A model generated the notes under the pieces. The model was not told where the DNA came from, made no database searches, and saw only the letters and a list, made by a program, of their open reading frames with translations. Made by a program: the position numbers and the translations under genes. From contig JAHCIT010000010.1 in assembly GCA_026129095.1 (NCBI GenBank), forward strand, positions 62,001 through 126,000: DNA of 64,000 nt, read 5' to 3'. This DNA is from Deltaproteobacteria bacterium (GTDB taxonomy: Bacteria; JAGRBM01; JAHCIT01). The stretch's first letter is position 1. Each line of letters starts with the position of its first letter. Positions 48,703 through 59,242 of this stretch are shown here, one piece after another.

Positions 48703-49023
48703 CTAGATCTTGCCCTGCAGCAGGAACGCGATCACGAAGGCGAACAGCACGAGTGACTCGATCAGCGCGAGGCCGAGAATCATCGAGCCGCGGATGTCGC
48801 CGGAGGCCGACGGGTTGCGGGCCATGCCTTCCAGCGCGGCGGTGGCCGCACGGGACTGGCTGTAGGTGCCCGCCGCGGCGGCGATGCCCATGGTGAGGGC
48901 GGCGGCAATGGCGATCCAGCCCTGGCTGGATGCCCCGCCGTCGTGCTCGGCGGCCATCGCGATGGCGGGGGCCAGGACGATGGCGGCGACGATGAATGCG
49001 GAAATACGGTTTAGCTTGGACAT
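48703..49023 (-). CDS. atpE: ATP synthase F0 subunit c with N-terminal leader
   Basis: ARNP loop, LALIESL with the ion-binding Glu. GGGAGG RBS. Confidence 0.95.
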   Translation of the reverse strand: MSKLNRISAFIVAAIVLAPAIAMAAEHDGGASSQGWIAIAAALTMGIAAAAGTYSQSRAATAALEGMARNPSASGDIRGSMILGLALIESLVLFAFVIAFLLQGKI

Positions 49024-49150
49024 TTCAGTGAACCTCCCTGGTTCGTTTGCTTGGTTTATCGGACTGTCTTGGCCGCCGGAGCGTTCGGGGGTCTCATTCT
49101 GGATGGAGCCTCCCGTGCCGCGCCGGAGATAGACGCTTTTGCCTTTCCTC

Positions 49151-49948
49151 TTAGTGGGCGTGTGCGTGCGCGCCCTCGTGGGTCTCCCCGTGGCCATGCT
49201 CGTCGTGGCCGTGCTCATGCTCGGTCGCCAGTGCGACATAGATGAGGGACAGGAACATGAAGACGTAGGCCTGCAGAAGCGAGACGAACAGGCCGAACGC
49301 CATCAGCGGTATCGGAAGCACATAGGCGAAGATGTCCTGGAACGCGCCGAGCACCTTGTGATCGCCGAAGATATTGGCGTAAAGACGCAGCGACAGCGAT
49401 ACCGGCCGTACCGAGTGGGACACGATCTCGATCACGAACAGGAGCGGTCCCAGCCACCACAGCGGTCCCCAGAAGTGGGCCAGATAGTTCTTGACGCCGT
49501 GTGATTTGATACCCTGGTAGTTGTAGTAGATGAACACCGACAGGGCGACAGGAAAGTTCGTGAACAGGTTGTCGGTCGAGGGCAGGAAGCCGGGGATGAG
49601 GCCCAGTGCGTTCGAGAAGAACAGGTAGACGAAGATCGAGCCGAAGAACCAGAACTGGCGGCGGGCTTCTTTCTCGCCGAGCACTGACACGACGATGTTG
49701 TAGAGCCCCTCGACGAACATTTCCCAGAAGTTGAGGAACGTGGTGCGGCCTTCGGGGACCAGTTCTTTCGACCGGGCTACCGAAGCGCCGCGAACGATCA
49801 GCCCGCAGAGGATGATGAGGGTAAGGGCGGTCGCGCCCATCAGGACGTTCGTGTAGTTGTGGGTGATGTGCTCGTCGAGAAACAGGTTGAACCAGGTGGC
49901 ATGGCCGCCGGCCTGGGTCACGATCTGGTGCATCGGAATCAGGTTCAC
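49151..49948 (-). CDS. atpB: ATP synthase F0 subunit a
   Basis: [27 protein letters not shown]. Confidence 0.95.
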   Translation of the reverse strand: MNLIPMHQIVTQAGGHATWFNLFLDEHITHNYTNVLMGATALTLIILCGLIVRGASVARSKELVPEGRTTFLNFWEMFVEGLYNIVVSVLGEKEARRQFWFFGSIFVYLFFSNALGLIPGFLPSTDNLFTNFPVALSVFIYYNYQGIKSHGVKNYLAHFWGPLWWLGPLLFVIEIVSHSVRPVSLSLRLYANIFGDHKVLGAFQDIFAYVLPIPLMAFGLFVSLLQAYVFMFLSLIYVALATEHEHGHDEHGHGETHEGAHAHAH

Positions 49949-49949
49949 T

Positions 49950-50342
49950 CTAGTTCACCTCCGGCTTCGCCGCGCCCTGCGGCGCCTGCGCCAGCCCTTC
50001 CCACAGGGAAGCGGCAACGAGGGCCGCGAACCCGCCCATGAAGGCGAGCAGGTGGACCGGCACATAGTGGACGATGAGGTAGAGAATCAACACCATCGCC
50101 AGCAATTTGCCAGCCAGCACCATTCCCCCGCCTGACCGTTTTGTTCCCGACCGGAAGTAGCGGCGGACGATCTGCTCGATAACCCACAGGTTTCCGGCCG
50201 CAAGGGCCGTCCCGGCAGCAATGCTCCCTGCCAGCCGGAATCCGCCTCCGGCAACGATGCTGATCGCCGTGGCGGCGAGCCCGATGAACAGCGTCCGGTG
50301 CCGGATGCGCCGGGCCGCCAGAAGCGGATCATTCGGCGCCAT
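49950..50342 (-). CDS. atpI: ATP synthase subunit I
   Basis: Four TM segments, positioned before atpB. Start uncertain. Confidence 0.7.
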   Translation of the reverse strand: MAPNDPLLAARRIRHRTLFIGLAATAISIVAGGGFRLAGSIAAGTALAAGNLWVIEQIVRRYFRSGTKRSGGGMVLAGKLLAMVLILYLIVHYVPVHLLAFMGGFAALVAASLWEGLAQAPQGAAKPEVN

Positions 50343-50583
50343 CTGGCCGTTTCCCGGGCTGTCTGCTGAAGTATTGGTAGACCCGGACAAGATTCACCAT
50401 TCCCGCCGCGAACCCGGCAAATGCCCCGGCGACAGTGAGCCAGGGACCGGTTCCCCATTTCCCATCGGCCCACTGGCCGCCGAAAACCCCGGCGGCAGTG
50501 GCTATGCCGATCGTCATCCCGACACCTGACAGTGCTCCCAGTTCGGAGGCCCAGTGCGGCGGCGGTTTCGGATTTTCGGGCAT
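50329..50583 (-). CDS. atpZ: AtpZ/AtpI-family small membrane protein
   Basis: GQWADGKWGTGPW..GFAAG matches the G..LD...T.PW family pattern. Confidence 0.8.
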   Translation of the reverse strand: MPENPKPPPHWASELGALSGVGMTIGIATAAGVFGGQWADGKWGTGPWLTVAGAFAGFAAGMVNLVRVYQYFSRQPGKRPDGAE

Positions 50584-50677
50584 CAGGGATGGCCTTCGGG
50601 CCCTTCGCTGGCCGGGCGGATGTTAGCGGAGCAATGATTAAATGCAACCGGCATAAAACATGTTAAATATCAACTAG

Positions 50678-51997
50678 TTAAGCCCCATTTAGCAGGCCGA
50701 GTGCGTCATCCGCGGCACGAATCGTCCGCTGGTATTCGCGGCTGCCGTGGGCGGCCGACACGAAGGCCGCCTCGAAGGGGCTCGGCGGCAGGTAGATGCC
50801 CAGTTCCAGCATCCGGTGGAAATAGCGGCGGAACTGGTCACGGTCGTTCCGGGCGGCTGTCTCGAAGCTATTTACCTTTCCGACGCCGAGGAACAGCGTG
50901 AACATCGAACCCACGCGGTTAAACGCCGCCGTGAGACGGTGCCTGGCCAGCAGTTCACGGTAGCCGTGTTCCAGCCGCTCCCCGTAGTTGTCGATCCGCT
51001 TGTAAAGGCTGGGCCGGAGCTGTTTCAGCGTGGCGATACCGGCGGCGACGGCCATCGGATTCCCCGACAGGGTGCCGGCCTGGTAGACCGGACCCAGTGG
51101 AGCGATCTTTTCCATGATCTCCCGGCGTCCGCCGTAAACTCCGAGCGGCATTCCGCCTCCCACGATCTTGCCAAGGCAGGTGAGGTCCGGCCGGATGCCG
51201 TAGAGTTCCTGTGCTCCCCCGGCCGAAACCCGGAAGCCGGTCATCACTTCGTCGAAGACGAGCAGCGCGCCGTGCTTTCTGGAGAGCGTCCGCAGCGATT
51301 CGAGGAATCCCGGCACGGGGGGGACACACCCCATGTTCCCGGCGACCGGTTCCACAATCACAGCTGCCACCTCGCCGGCATTGGCCTTGAGGAGTCCCTC
51401 GACGTGGGCGGCATCATTGTAGCGGGCCGTCAGGGTCAGCCCGGCCATCGCGGCGGGAATGCCAGCCGAATCAGGCACGCCGAACGTGAGGGCGCCGCTC
51501 CCGGCCTTGACGAGCAGGTAGTCGGCATGGCCGTGGTAGCATCCTTCGAACTTGATGATCTTGTCGCGGCCGGTGAAGCCGCGGGCGGCCCGGAGCGCCC
51601 CCATTGCAGCCTCTGTTCCCGACGAAGTGAATCTCATCATCTCCAGTGACGGGAAAAACGACTGGATGATGCGGGCAAGTTCGCTTTCCGCTTCCGTCGG
51701 GGCGCCATAGCTGGTGCCTCGTCCGGCGGCCTCGCGGAGCGCTTTCACGACTCGCGGATCGGCGTGTCCCAGGATCATCGGCCCCCAGGAGCCCACGTAG
51801 TCCACCAGCATGTTGTGATCGATGTCAGTGAGGTAGGCCCCGCGTGCCCGGGCGATGAACCGGGGAGTGCCGCCCACGTTTCCGAATGCTCGGACGGGAG
51901 AGTTAACCCCGCCCGGGAACTGGTTCTGGGCGCGGCGCAGCGCCTTGGCCGACCGTTTTGTGGAGACTGCAGCAGGTTTACGCGTTCTGGATGCCAT
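50678..51997 (-). CDS. hemL: Glutamate-1-semialdehyde 2,1-aminomutase
   Basis: PGGVNSPVRAF, SWGP, FEGCYHGHAD, FDEVMTGFR, GKIVGGG, YQAGTLSGNP. Confidence 0.97.
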   Translation of the reverse strand: MASRTRKPAAVSTKRSAKALRRAQNQFPGGVNSPVRAFGNVGGTPRFIARARGAYLTDIDHNMLVDYVGSWGPMILGHADPRVVKALREAAGRGTSYGAPTEAESELARIIQSFFPSLEMMRFTSSGTEAAMGALRAARGFTGRDKIIKFEGCYHGHADYLLVKAGSGALTFGVPDSAGIPAAMAGLTLTARYNDAAHVEGLLKANAGEVAAVIVEPVAGNMGCVPPVPGFLESLRTLSRKHGALLVFDEVMTGFRVSAGGAQELYGIRPDLTCLGKIVGGGMPLGVYGGRREIMEKIAPLGPVYQAGTLSGNPMAVAAGIATLKQLRPSLYKRIDNYGERLEHGYRELLARHRLTAAFNRVGSMFTLFLGVGKVNSFETAARNDRDQFRRYFHRMLELGIYLPPSPFEAAFVSAAHGSREYQRTIRAADDALGLLNGA

Positions 51998-52146
51998 GAC
52001 GGAAGGCAAGGTGAATGACCGGCTGCCGGTTCGTCAATGTGCTGAAGCGAGGGAAGGGGGTTCGCCAGACGGCTCTCAACCGGCTAGTATCGAAACCATG
52101 CAGGCATGGCGTTAGTGGCCATCCAGTTACGGGGCGTTGGAAGAAG

Positions 52147-52695
52147 ATGATGACGCAGAAATATCCAATGGGCATGACCAGTGCGGCCATTCTGGCCGCC
52201 ATGTGTTTGCTGCTTGCTGCCGGGTCAGCCGGCGCGAAAATGTACAAATATACTGATGATGACGGGCAAGTACATGTCGTCGATTCCATGAACAAGGTGC
52301 CACCGAAATACCGGCAGCAGATGGAACTCCGCCGTCCGGCTGGAGTGCCGTCTGCTCCACCCGCCGAGGAGGCAAAGACGGAGGGCGGAGAGGAGGGCGC
52401 CGCCAAACCGGCCGAGGGGGAAGCTGCCAAGGAAGGCGAGAAGAAGCCGGATGGTCCGGTCAAAGATGAAAAATACTGGCGGGGGCGGATCGAGAAGTGC
52501 GAGCGCGACCTCCGTACGGTCGAGCACCGCGAGGGTCTGCTCAGTGAGGAACTCACGGGTGCCGAGGCCGGTGCCGAGGAGCGTTTCAAGGAACTCGAAA
52601 AGACCCGGGCGCAGCTCCAGGATTTCAGGCGGCAGTGCGCCGCCATCCGTGAGGAAGGGCGCAAGGCCGGAGCACCTGCGGGCTGGCTCCGCTGA
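52147..52695 (+). CDS. DUF4124-domain exported protein
   Basis: Signal peptide then MYKYTDDDGQVHVVD. C-terminal coiled coil ending PAGWLR. Confidence 0.8.
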   Translation: MMTQKYPMGMTSAAILAAMCLLLAAGSAGAKMYKYTDDDGQVHVVDSMNKVPPKYRQQMELRRPAGVPSAPPAEEAKTEGGEEGAAKPAEGEAAKEGEKKPDGPVKDEKYWRGRIEKCERDLRTVEHREGLLSEELTGAEAGAEERFKELEKTRAQLQDFRRQCAAIREEGRKAGAPAGWLR

Positions 52696-52787
52696 CAATG
52701 GAAGAAGGGCAGGGCCGCCCTTCATTGAGTTTGATTCAGGCGCCGCCGGAATATCCGGCGGCGCTGTCATTTGAGGCAGGTATCGGG

Positions 52788-54530
52788 ATGGAAGCCGTAC
52801 GTTTCTGGTGCAGGGAGCCGCTCCGCATGCTGGCACTGGTTGTGGCCCTGTCAATGGTGCCGGTGCTGGAGGCCCGTGCCAGCCAGATAGGCATCGGCGG
52901 TTATGAAGCCTCCGGAGTGGGTGATGCCGGAACCATTGCGAAGTTCCAGTCGGAGTTCGAGAAGGCGCTCCGGGAGGCGGGGATTGCGCCGGTTTCACTC
53001 GCCATGCAGCGGCCGTGCCCGGATATCGGGTGCTGGGCCGCCCGCGCCCGTGCGCAGGGCGTCCAGCAGTTCATCCTGGTGGACATTGAGGGTTTCCGTT
53101 CGTCGGGATTCGTGGTGACCGCCAAGGTATACGAGGTCCGGCGCGGCTCGCAACTGTTCCGGGAAAAGACGGAAATCCCCGACACCGTGCAGTCTGAGCT
53201 GCTTCTGACGCGGATGGTCGCGGCCATTGTCCGGCAGATCGGTGGCGGCTCCGCCGGTTCTGATCCGTCGGCAGCCAAGCGCAAGTCTCAGGTCCGTGTG
53301 CTGGGAATCCCGCCGGGGCGGGGCGTGTTGCTGAACAACATTCCGCTCTCGGAGCCGGACCGGCCGCTCACCGTGGAACCCGGCCGCCAGCGGCTCGTCA
53401 TCAGCGCCGGTGACGGGGCTAAGTCCCGCGAGTTCGATGTCCTTCCGGGCGAGATGTATACGCTGGAGTTCACGTCGCTGGATGACATGCAGGCGGTTGA
53501 CCCGGCCTCGCTGGCTGCCGTTCTGGAACTCCGGAGCCTTCCGACGGACGCACGGGTCCGGCTGGATGGAACCGACCTTCCCAACCAGGCCACCCATGAA
53601 ATCATGGCAGGAGCACACACACTCGTCATCGAGCGGCTTGGATACGAGAAGATGGAACTCCCTTTCCGTGCGAATCCCGGCCAGCAGGTGCTGGTACCGG
53701 TGGCTCTGGTCCCGCTGGGCGGTCCGGTTCCGGCGCAGCAGGCGGCGCAGGATCCCGGCCTCCGGCAGCGGGTCGGCCTGCTACCGGTGACGGGCAGCCT
53801 CGACGGGATTCTGCAGGAACGGGTCATGGACGCCGCCCGGTATGCCGGTGAACTCGCTGCCAAGGTCCAGTACGTGAGCCCCGAACAGGTAGCCGCCGCC
53901 CTCGGCATGGAACCGGTGCGACTCGCATCCGAAAACCAGAAATGCGTGACCGGACTGTGCACGTCGAAGCTCCTGAAACCGGCGGCACTTGCCCGCTATG
54001 TGGATATCCGGGTGCGCCAGTCCGGTCCGGACTGGGTGGTGCGGGCCGTGCTGTATTCCACGGTGCAGGGCGAACGGGTTGATGGCATTGAAATCCCCTA
54101 CGGCGGATCGAGTGCGGATCTGCCGTGGATCGTGTTCGATGCCGTGCGGCACCTGCTCGGTGATGCCGACATGGCTGGAATGACACGGATCGAAATCCCG
54201 GCGGCAGCAGAAGACCTCGCCGAGGATTTTTCGGTCGTCCTGAACGGGGCTCCGCTCACGTTCAGTCCGGATGAAAGCGGCCGCCAGGTCAGCCGCGAGG
54301 TGACGTCCGGCCAGGGCCGGCTTGCCGTGACTGCCGGCGGCGAAACCGCCGAAAGGCGGATCTGGCTGCGGACCGGTGTGCCGTTTGTGCTGGAACTGGC
54401 AGCTTCTCGAACCGATGGAGGCGAGCCGGAGCCGGCTATTGTCCGCCCACCGCCCCCTTCTCCCGCCAGCGCCAAGGCTGTTGATGGCAAGGGCAAGGGA
54501 AAAAACGGGAAAACACAGAAGACAAACTGA
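52788..54530 (+). CDS. Exported PEGA-domain protein
   Basis: Signal peptide, SLPTDARVRLDG..GAHTLVIERLGY, two CxxxxC alpha/beta modules. Confidence 0.75.
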   Translation: MEAVRFWCREPLRMLALVVALSMVPVLEARASQIGIGGYEASGVGDAGTIAKFQSEFEKALREAGIAPVSLAMQRPCPDIGCWAARARAQGVQQFILVDIEGFRSSGFVVTAKVYEVRRGSQLFREKTEIPDTVQSELLLTRMVAAIVRQIGGGSAGSDPSAAKRKSQVRVLGIPPGRGVLLNNIPLSEPDRPLTVEPGRQRLVISAGDGAKSREFDVLPGEMYTLEFTSLDDMQAVDPASLAAVLELRSLPTDARVRLDGTDLPNQATHEIMAGAHTLVIERLGYEKMELPFRANPGQQVLVPVALVPLGGPVPAQQAAQDPGLRQRVGLLPVTGSLDGILQERVMDAARYAGELAAKVQYVSPEQVAAALGMEPVRLASENQKCVTGLCTSKLLKPAALARYVDIRVRQSGPDWVVRAVLYSTVQGERVDGIEIPYGGSSADLPWIVFDAVRHLLGDADMAGMTRIEIPAAAEDLAEDFSVVLNGAPLTFSPDESGRQVSREVTSGQGRLAVTAGGETAERRIWLRTGVPFVLELAASRTDGGEPEPAIVRPPPPSPASAKAVDGKGKGKNGKTQKTN

Positions 54531-54533
54531 CCG

Positions 54534-54938
54534 CTACTCTTCGCTCTCCAGGTGTTCGATCAGTTCCCGGTATTCCTCGGCAGTCTTGAGATCCTTGATC
54601 TCGGAAGCGTCGTCAGGCGTCAGGGTGAACAGCCATCCGTCTTCCCACGGATCATCCACCAGCAGCGAGGGGTTTTCTATCAGGTCGGAGTTGACCGCCT
54701 GGACCTCCCCGGTGAGAGGGGCGATCAGCTCGGTTGAGCCTTTCTCTTCGCTTTCCAGTTCGCCGCAGTCGCCGCTGGCCTCCACGGCATCGCCCTCGGC
54801 CGGCAATGTTATGGAGAGGATCTCCCCCAGCCGCTCGGCAGCGAAAGCAGTAATACCGATGCGCACGGTCGAGTCATCCTCGATATCGCACCAGAAATGA
54901 TCCTCGGTATATTTGAGATGCTTGGGAACCTTTGCCAT
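54534..54938 (-). CDS. gcvH: Glycine cleavage H-like lipoyl-carrier protein
   Basis: LKYTEDHFW, IGITAFA..LG, APLTGEVQAVN, DPWEDGWL. Confidence 0.85.
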   Translation of the reverse strand: MAKVPKHLKYTEDHFWCDIEDDSTVRIGITAFAAERLGEILSITLPAEGDAVEASGDCGELESEEKGSTELIAPLTGEVQAVNSDLIENPSLLVDDPWEDGWLFTLTPDDASEIKDLKTAEEYRELIEHLESEE

Positions 54939-54989
54939 GACGGGGCGACGGATAATTGCGCTCTGCGCCGGGGTCAAGAAGGGCTGGCG

Positions 54990-55030
54990 AAAAGCAGGAA
55001 CGGCGGTCCACTTGGGGGCCGCCGTTCCTG
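54990..55030 (-). terminator. Intrinsic terminator after dnaK
   Basis: CAGGAACGGCGG/CCGCCGTTCCTG hairpin followed by CTTTT on the minus strand. Confidence 0.8.
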
Positions 55031-55047
55031 AAGCCTGATAGTAGGGC

Positions 55048-56961
55048 TTAGTTCACGTCGCGGAAGTCGGCATCGACGACCTTGCCGTCCTTGCCGGTCT
55101 TCTCCTCTGCTGCGGGCTCGCCGTTGCCGCCGCCGGGAGGCGGCGTACCTGCGGCCTGGGCGTTCTTGTACATCAGCTCGGCAGCTTTGTGGGAAACCCG
55201 GGTCAGTTCCTCGTTGGCCGCACGGATCTTGTCCGCGTCGCGTGAGTCGAGCGCCACCTTGGCATCGGCGACGGCCTTTTCGATCTCGACCACTTCCGTA
55301 GCCGGCAGCTTTTCCTTGTTATCGGCCAGCAGCTTTTCCAGCTGCGCGACCGAGCCGTCGAGCCGGTTGCGCTCATCGATCTCCTCGCGCCGTTTCTTGT
55401 CCTCGGCCGCATTTGCTTCGGCATCCTTGACCATCTTGTCGATCTCGTCCTTCGACAGGCCGCTCGACGCGGTGATCTTGATCTGCTGTTCCTTGCCCGT
55501 GGCACGGTCCTTGGCTGAAACCGACAGGATGCCGTTGGCATCGAGGTCGAAGGTGACCTCGATCTGTGGCACCCCGCGAGGGGCTTGTGGCAGTCCGGTC
55601 AGATGGAACCGGCCCAGGGTCTTGTTGTGCTCGGCCAGTTCGCGCTCGCCCTGGAGGACGTGGATCTCCACCGATGTCTGGCTGTCTGAAGCGGTGGAGA
55701 ACACCTCGGTCTTGCGGGTCGGGATGGTCGTATTCCGCTCGATCAGCTTGGTGCTGACGCCGCCCAGCGTTTCGATGCCGAGCGACAGTGGCGTCACGTC
55801 GAGGAGGAGCACGTCCTTCACCGACTTGTCGCCCTGTAGCACGCCGCCCTGGATCGCCGCACCCACAGCGACCACCTCATCGGGGTTCACCGAACGGTTG
55901 GGCTCCTTGCCGAAGAACTTCTTGACCGCTTCGATCACCATCGGTGTGCGGGTGGATCCGCCCACCATTACCACCTCGTCGATCTGGCTGGTGGAAAGCC
56001 CTGCGTCGGCCAGAGCCTTGCGGCAGGGTTCCAACGTGCGCTCGACGAGGGGGCGGACCATTTCCTCGAACCGGGCGCGGGTCAGTGTCACGTTGAGATG
56101 CTTGGGGCCAGTGTTGTCGGCGGTTAGAAACGGCAGGCTGACCTCCGTCTCCTTGGTGGAGGACAGTTCGATCTTGGCCTTTTCAGCCGCTTCCTTGAGC
56201 CGCTGCATGACCATCGGATCGTTCGAGACGTCCATGCCGTTGCTCTTCTTGAACTCGTCCACAAGCCACTGCATGACCACATGGTCGAAATCGTCGCCGC
56301 CGAGCAGCGTGTCGCCGTTGGTGGCCTTCACCTCGACAACGCCGTCACCCACTTCGAGCACGGAGATATCGAAAGTGCCGCCGCCAAGGTCATAGACAGC
56401 GATCTTTTCTTCTTTCTTCTTGTCGATTCCGTAGGCGAGGGCTGCTGCCGTCGGCTCGTTGATGATCCGCTTGACGTCGAGGCCAGCGATGCGCCCGGCA
56501 TCCTTGGTTGCCTGGCGCTGCGAATCGTTGAAGTAGGCCGGAACGGTGATAACGGCTTCGGTCACGGGCTCGCCAAGATAGGCCTCGGCAGCCGCCTTGA
56601 GTTTGCCGAGCACCTGCGCACTCACTTCCGGCGGCGCCAGCTTGCGGTCATGGACCTTGAACCACACGTCGCCATTGTCGGCGCCGATGAGCTGGTAGGG
56701 AACCTTCTTTTCCCGCTCGGGGATTTCCTTCATCTTGCGGCCGATGAACCGCTTGGACGAATAGATCGTGTTCTGCGGGTTCATGATCGCCTGACGGCGG
56801 GCAGCCTGCCCCGCGATGATCTCGCCATCCTTTGTGTAGGCAACCACGGACGGGGTTGTCCGCGAGCCCTCCTGGTTGGCGATCACCTTCGCCTCGCCGC
56901 CTTCCATCACGGCGACGCACGAATTGGTCGTGCCGAGGTCGATACCGATCATCTTGCCCAT
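55048..56961 (-). CDS. dnaK: Chaperone DnaK (Hsp70)
   Basis: [42 protein letters not shown]. Confidence 0.98.
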   Translation of the reverse strand: MGKMIGIDLGTTNSCVAVMEGGEAKVIANQEGSRTTPSVVAYTKDGEIIAGQAARRQAIMNPQNTIYSSKRFIGRKMKEIPEREKKVPYQLIGADNGDVWFKVHDRKLAPPEVSAQVLGKLKAAAEAYLGEPVTEAVITVPAYFNDSQRQATKDAGRIAGLDVKRIINEPTAAALAYGIDKKKEEKIAVYDLGGGTFDISVLEVGDGVVEVKATNGDTLLGGDDFDHVVMQWLVDEFKKSNGMDVSNDPMVMQRLKEAAEKAKIELSSTKETEVSLPFLTADNTGPKHLNVTLTRARFEEMVRPLVERTLEPCRKALADAGLSTSQIDEVVMVGGSTRTPMVIEAVKKFFGKEPNRSVNPDEVVAVGAAIQGGVLQGDKSVKDVLLLDVTPLSLGIETLGGVSTKLIERNTTIPTRKTEVFSTASDSQTSVEIHVLQGERELAEHNKTLGRFHLTGLPQAPRGVPQIEVTFDLDANGILSVSAKDRATGKEQQIKITASSGLSKDEIDKMVKDAEANAAEDKKRREEIDERNRLDGSVAQLEKLLADNKEKLPATEVVEIEKAVADAKVALDSRDADKIRAANEELTRVSHKAAELMYKNAQAAGTPPPGGGNGEPAAEEKTGKDGKVVDADFRDVN

Positions 56962-57234
56962 TGCCTTTATGCCTGCCTCTCTGTGAAATCTTGGGCGGAA
57001 CTGCGGCCGTCCCGTCCGCCGTAAACTAAGCACCTGACCGGTGGCGTCAAGGGAAACGGGGCGTATTATTTCGGGAAGCGCCGCCTGTTTTTTCTTAACT
57101 ATTTCAACAGGTTAGGGAGCCCCTTTAGGCCCCTTCCCCGGTCCGGGCCTTTGCGCGTTGCGCTAAACCCGTATAAAAGTGGTTTCCCGCCCGGAACAGG
57201 CGGAAAACCCAAACCGCACGGAACCCTCACGACT

Positions 57235-58152
57235 ATGGTGGACAAGCTCAAGAAAATCTGGATGAACGGCAAGCTGGTGGACTGGGACAATGCCCAGGTC
57301 CATGTGCTGTCCCATGCCCTGCACTACGGAACGAGCGTATTCGAGGGCGTCCGGTCGTACGAGCTGGCTGATGGGGGACGGGGCGTGTTCCGGCTCAAGG
57401 AACACACCAAACGCCTGTTCGAGTCGGCCCGGATCCTCCTGATGACGATCCCGTATACCGAGGACCAGATCAATGATGCGATTCTGGAAACCCTGAAGGC
57501 GAACGACGTGAAGGGTGCCTATATCCGCCCGATCGCGTTTATCGGCGAGGGGGCCATGGGCCTGTATGCCGTAAACAATCCGGTCACCGTGTCGATTTCC
57601 TGCTGGGTGTGGGGTGCCTACCTGGGGGAGGAGGGCGTCCGTAACGGTATTCGCGGCAAGGTGTCCTCCTATGCGCGGATGCACGTCAACACGCATATGA
57701 CCAAATCCAAGGCCGGCGGGAACTACATCAACTCGATCCTCGCCAAGCGCGAGGTGTCGCTTGCCGGTTACGAGGAAGCGATCATGCTTGACACGGACGG
57801 CTACGTGTCTGAGTGCTCTGGTGAGAACATCTATGTCGTCAAGGACGGCGTGATCAAAACCCCGCCCCTTACCGCCGTGCTGAACGGCATCACGCGTAAT
57901 TCGGTCATCCGAATCGCCAGGGACGAGGGACTCACGCTCGTGGAGGGCCGGTTCACCCGGGACGAGATGTACGTGGCCGACGAGGTGTTCATGAGCGGCA
58001 CGGCGGCGGAACTGACGCCGATCCGCGAGATTGACGACCGTCCGGTCGGAACGGGCAAACCGGGACCGGTGACGAAGCTGCTCCAGGAACGTTACCGGCA
58101 GGCAGTCACGGGTGCGCTCCCCAAGTATGCCGACTGGGTGACCCGTTTCTAG
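57235..58152 (+). CDS. ilvE: Branched-chain amino acid aminotransferase
   Basis: HALHYGTSVFEG, KAGGNYINS, ECSGEN, LNGITR, GTAAE. Confidence 0.95.
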   Translation: MVDKLKKIWMNGKLVDWDNAQVHVLSHALHYGTSVFEGVRSYELADGGRGVFRLKEHTKRLFESARILLMTIPYTEDQINDAILETLKANDVKGAYIRPIAFIGEGAMGLYAVNNPVTVSISCWVWGAYLGEEGVRNGIRGKVSSYARMHVNTHMTKSKAGGNYINSILAKREVSLAGYEEAIMLDTDGYVSECSGENIYVVKDGVIKTPPLTAVLNGITRNSVIRIARDEGLTLVEGRFTRDEMYVADEVFMSGTAAELTPIREIDDRPVGTGKPGPVTKLLQERYRQAVTGALPKYADWVTRF

Positions 58153-58268
58153 GCGGCAGGTTCCCGGGCGGATAGCGGAAAACCCTGCGTCTTTCAGGTT
58201 CCATCCGGAACCGGGATAATCAGATCTGTGCCGGACTGTTCGTCTGCCGGCGTTAAGGAGAAACGGCT

Positions 58269-59090
58269 GTGAAGAATCTCAGGGGCAAACTTGCGGTTGT
58301 GACCGGCGCATCGAGCGGCATCGGCCGGGCGACGGCATTGGCGCTGGCGGACAGGGGTTGCGATCTGGCGCTGGCGGACGTGAACGAGGCTGGCCTCGCC
58401 GAGACGGCGAAACTCGTTGCCTCCAGCGGGAGCAAGGTGAGCCGGCATCTGGTGGATGTGGCCCGGAAGGACCTGATGGAACTGTTCGCCGCCGAGGTTG
58501 CCAGGACCCACGGCCGGGTGAATATCGTCATCAACAATGCCGGTGTATCGGTCACAGCACCGTTCGAAAAACACACGCTCGAGGATTTCGAATGGATCGT
58601 CGGGATCAACTTCTGGGGCGTCGTTTACGGCTGCAAGTTCTTCCTTCCGCACCTGAAAGCGGCGGGTGAGGGCCATATCGTCAATATTTCCAGCGTGTTT
58701 GGCCTGATCGGGCTGCCATCGCAGTCATCCTATGCCGCGACCAAGTTCGCCGTCCGGGGATTCAGTGAATCGCTCCGGGCCGAACTCACGGGCCAGAATA
58801 TCGGCGTTACCTGCGTTCACCCCGGCGGAATCAATACCAACATCGTCAAGAGCGCCCGGTTCTCCGAGGAGATGGCCCAGCAGATGCGCGTCAAGGCCGT
58901 GAAGTTCTTCGAGACGAAAGCCCTGCCGCCCTCGTCTGTGGCGAACGCGATCGTCCGGGGCATCCGGAACAATGAGGCACGGGTGCTGGTGGCCCGCGAG
59001 ACGTTCGCCATTGATCTGGTGAAACGGGTATTCCCGGTCTGGGCGAGCGAACTGGTCGGCCGGAACCGGGACCGTTTCATGGGCAAGTAG
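58269..59090 (+). CDS. SDR family oxidoreductase
   Basis: TGASSGIG, NNAG, YAATK. Confidence 0.92.
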   Translation: MKNLRGKLAVVTGASSGIGRATALALADRGCDLALADVNEAGLAETAKLVASSGSKVSRHLVDVARKDLMELFAAEVARTHGRVNIVINNAGVSVTAPFEKHTLEDFEWIVGINFWGVVYGCKFFLPHLKAAGEGHIVNISSVFGLIGLPSQSSYAATKFAVRGFSESLRAELTGQNIGVTCVHPGGINTNIVKSARFSEEMAQQMRVKAVKFFETKALPPSSVANAIVRGIRNNEARVLVARETFAIDLVKRVFPVWASELVGRNRDRFMGK

Positions 59091-59242
59091 CCTGCATAAA
59101 AGCCTATAAGCACCCGCCCGCCGGGCATCACCCTTGCCAGGACGGCCTGGAAGGACGAGTTTAATCCTTGTGGAGATGATACCGGTGCTGTGACGGGAAT
59201 CATCTTCGGGAAACGTACCGGAAAGTAGTCTGTCAGCTGACC

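Noticed and set aside
55082-57024. Long plus-strand ORFs antisense to dnaK
   Set aside because: Well-known shadow ORFs produced by codon bias opposite hsp70 genes.
57015-57060. CIRCE element upstream of dnaK
   Set aside because: Only a partial TAAGCAC half-site with no inverted partner. A TTGACG-N16-TAGTTT promoter-like match is weak.
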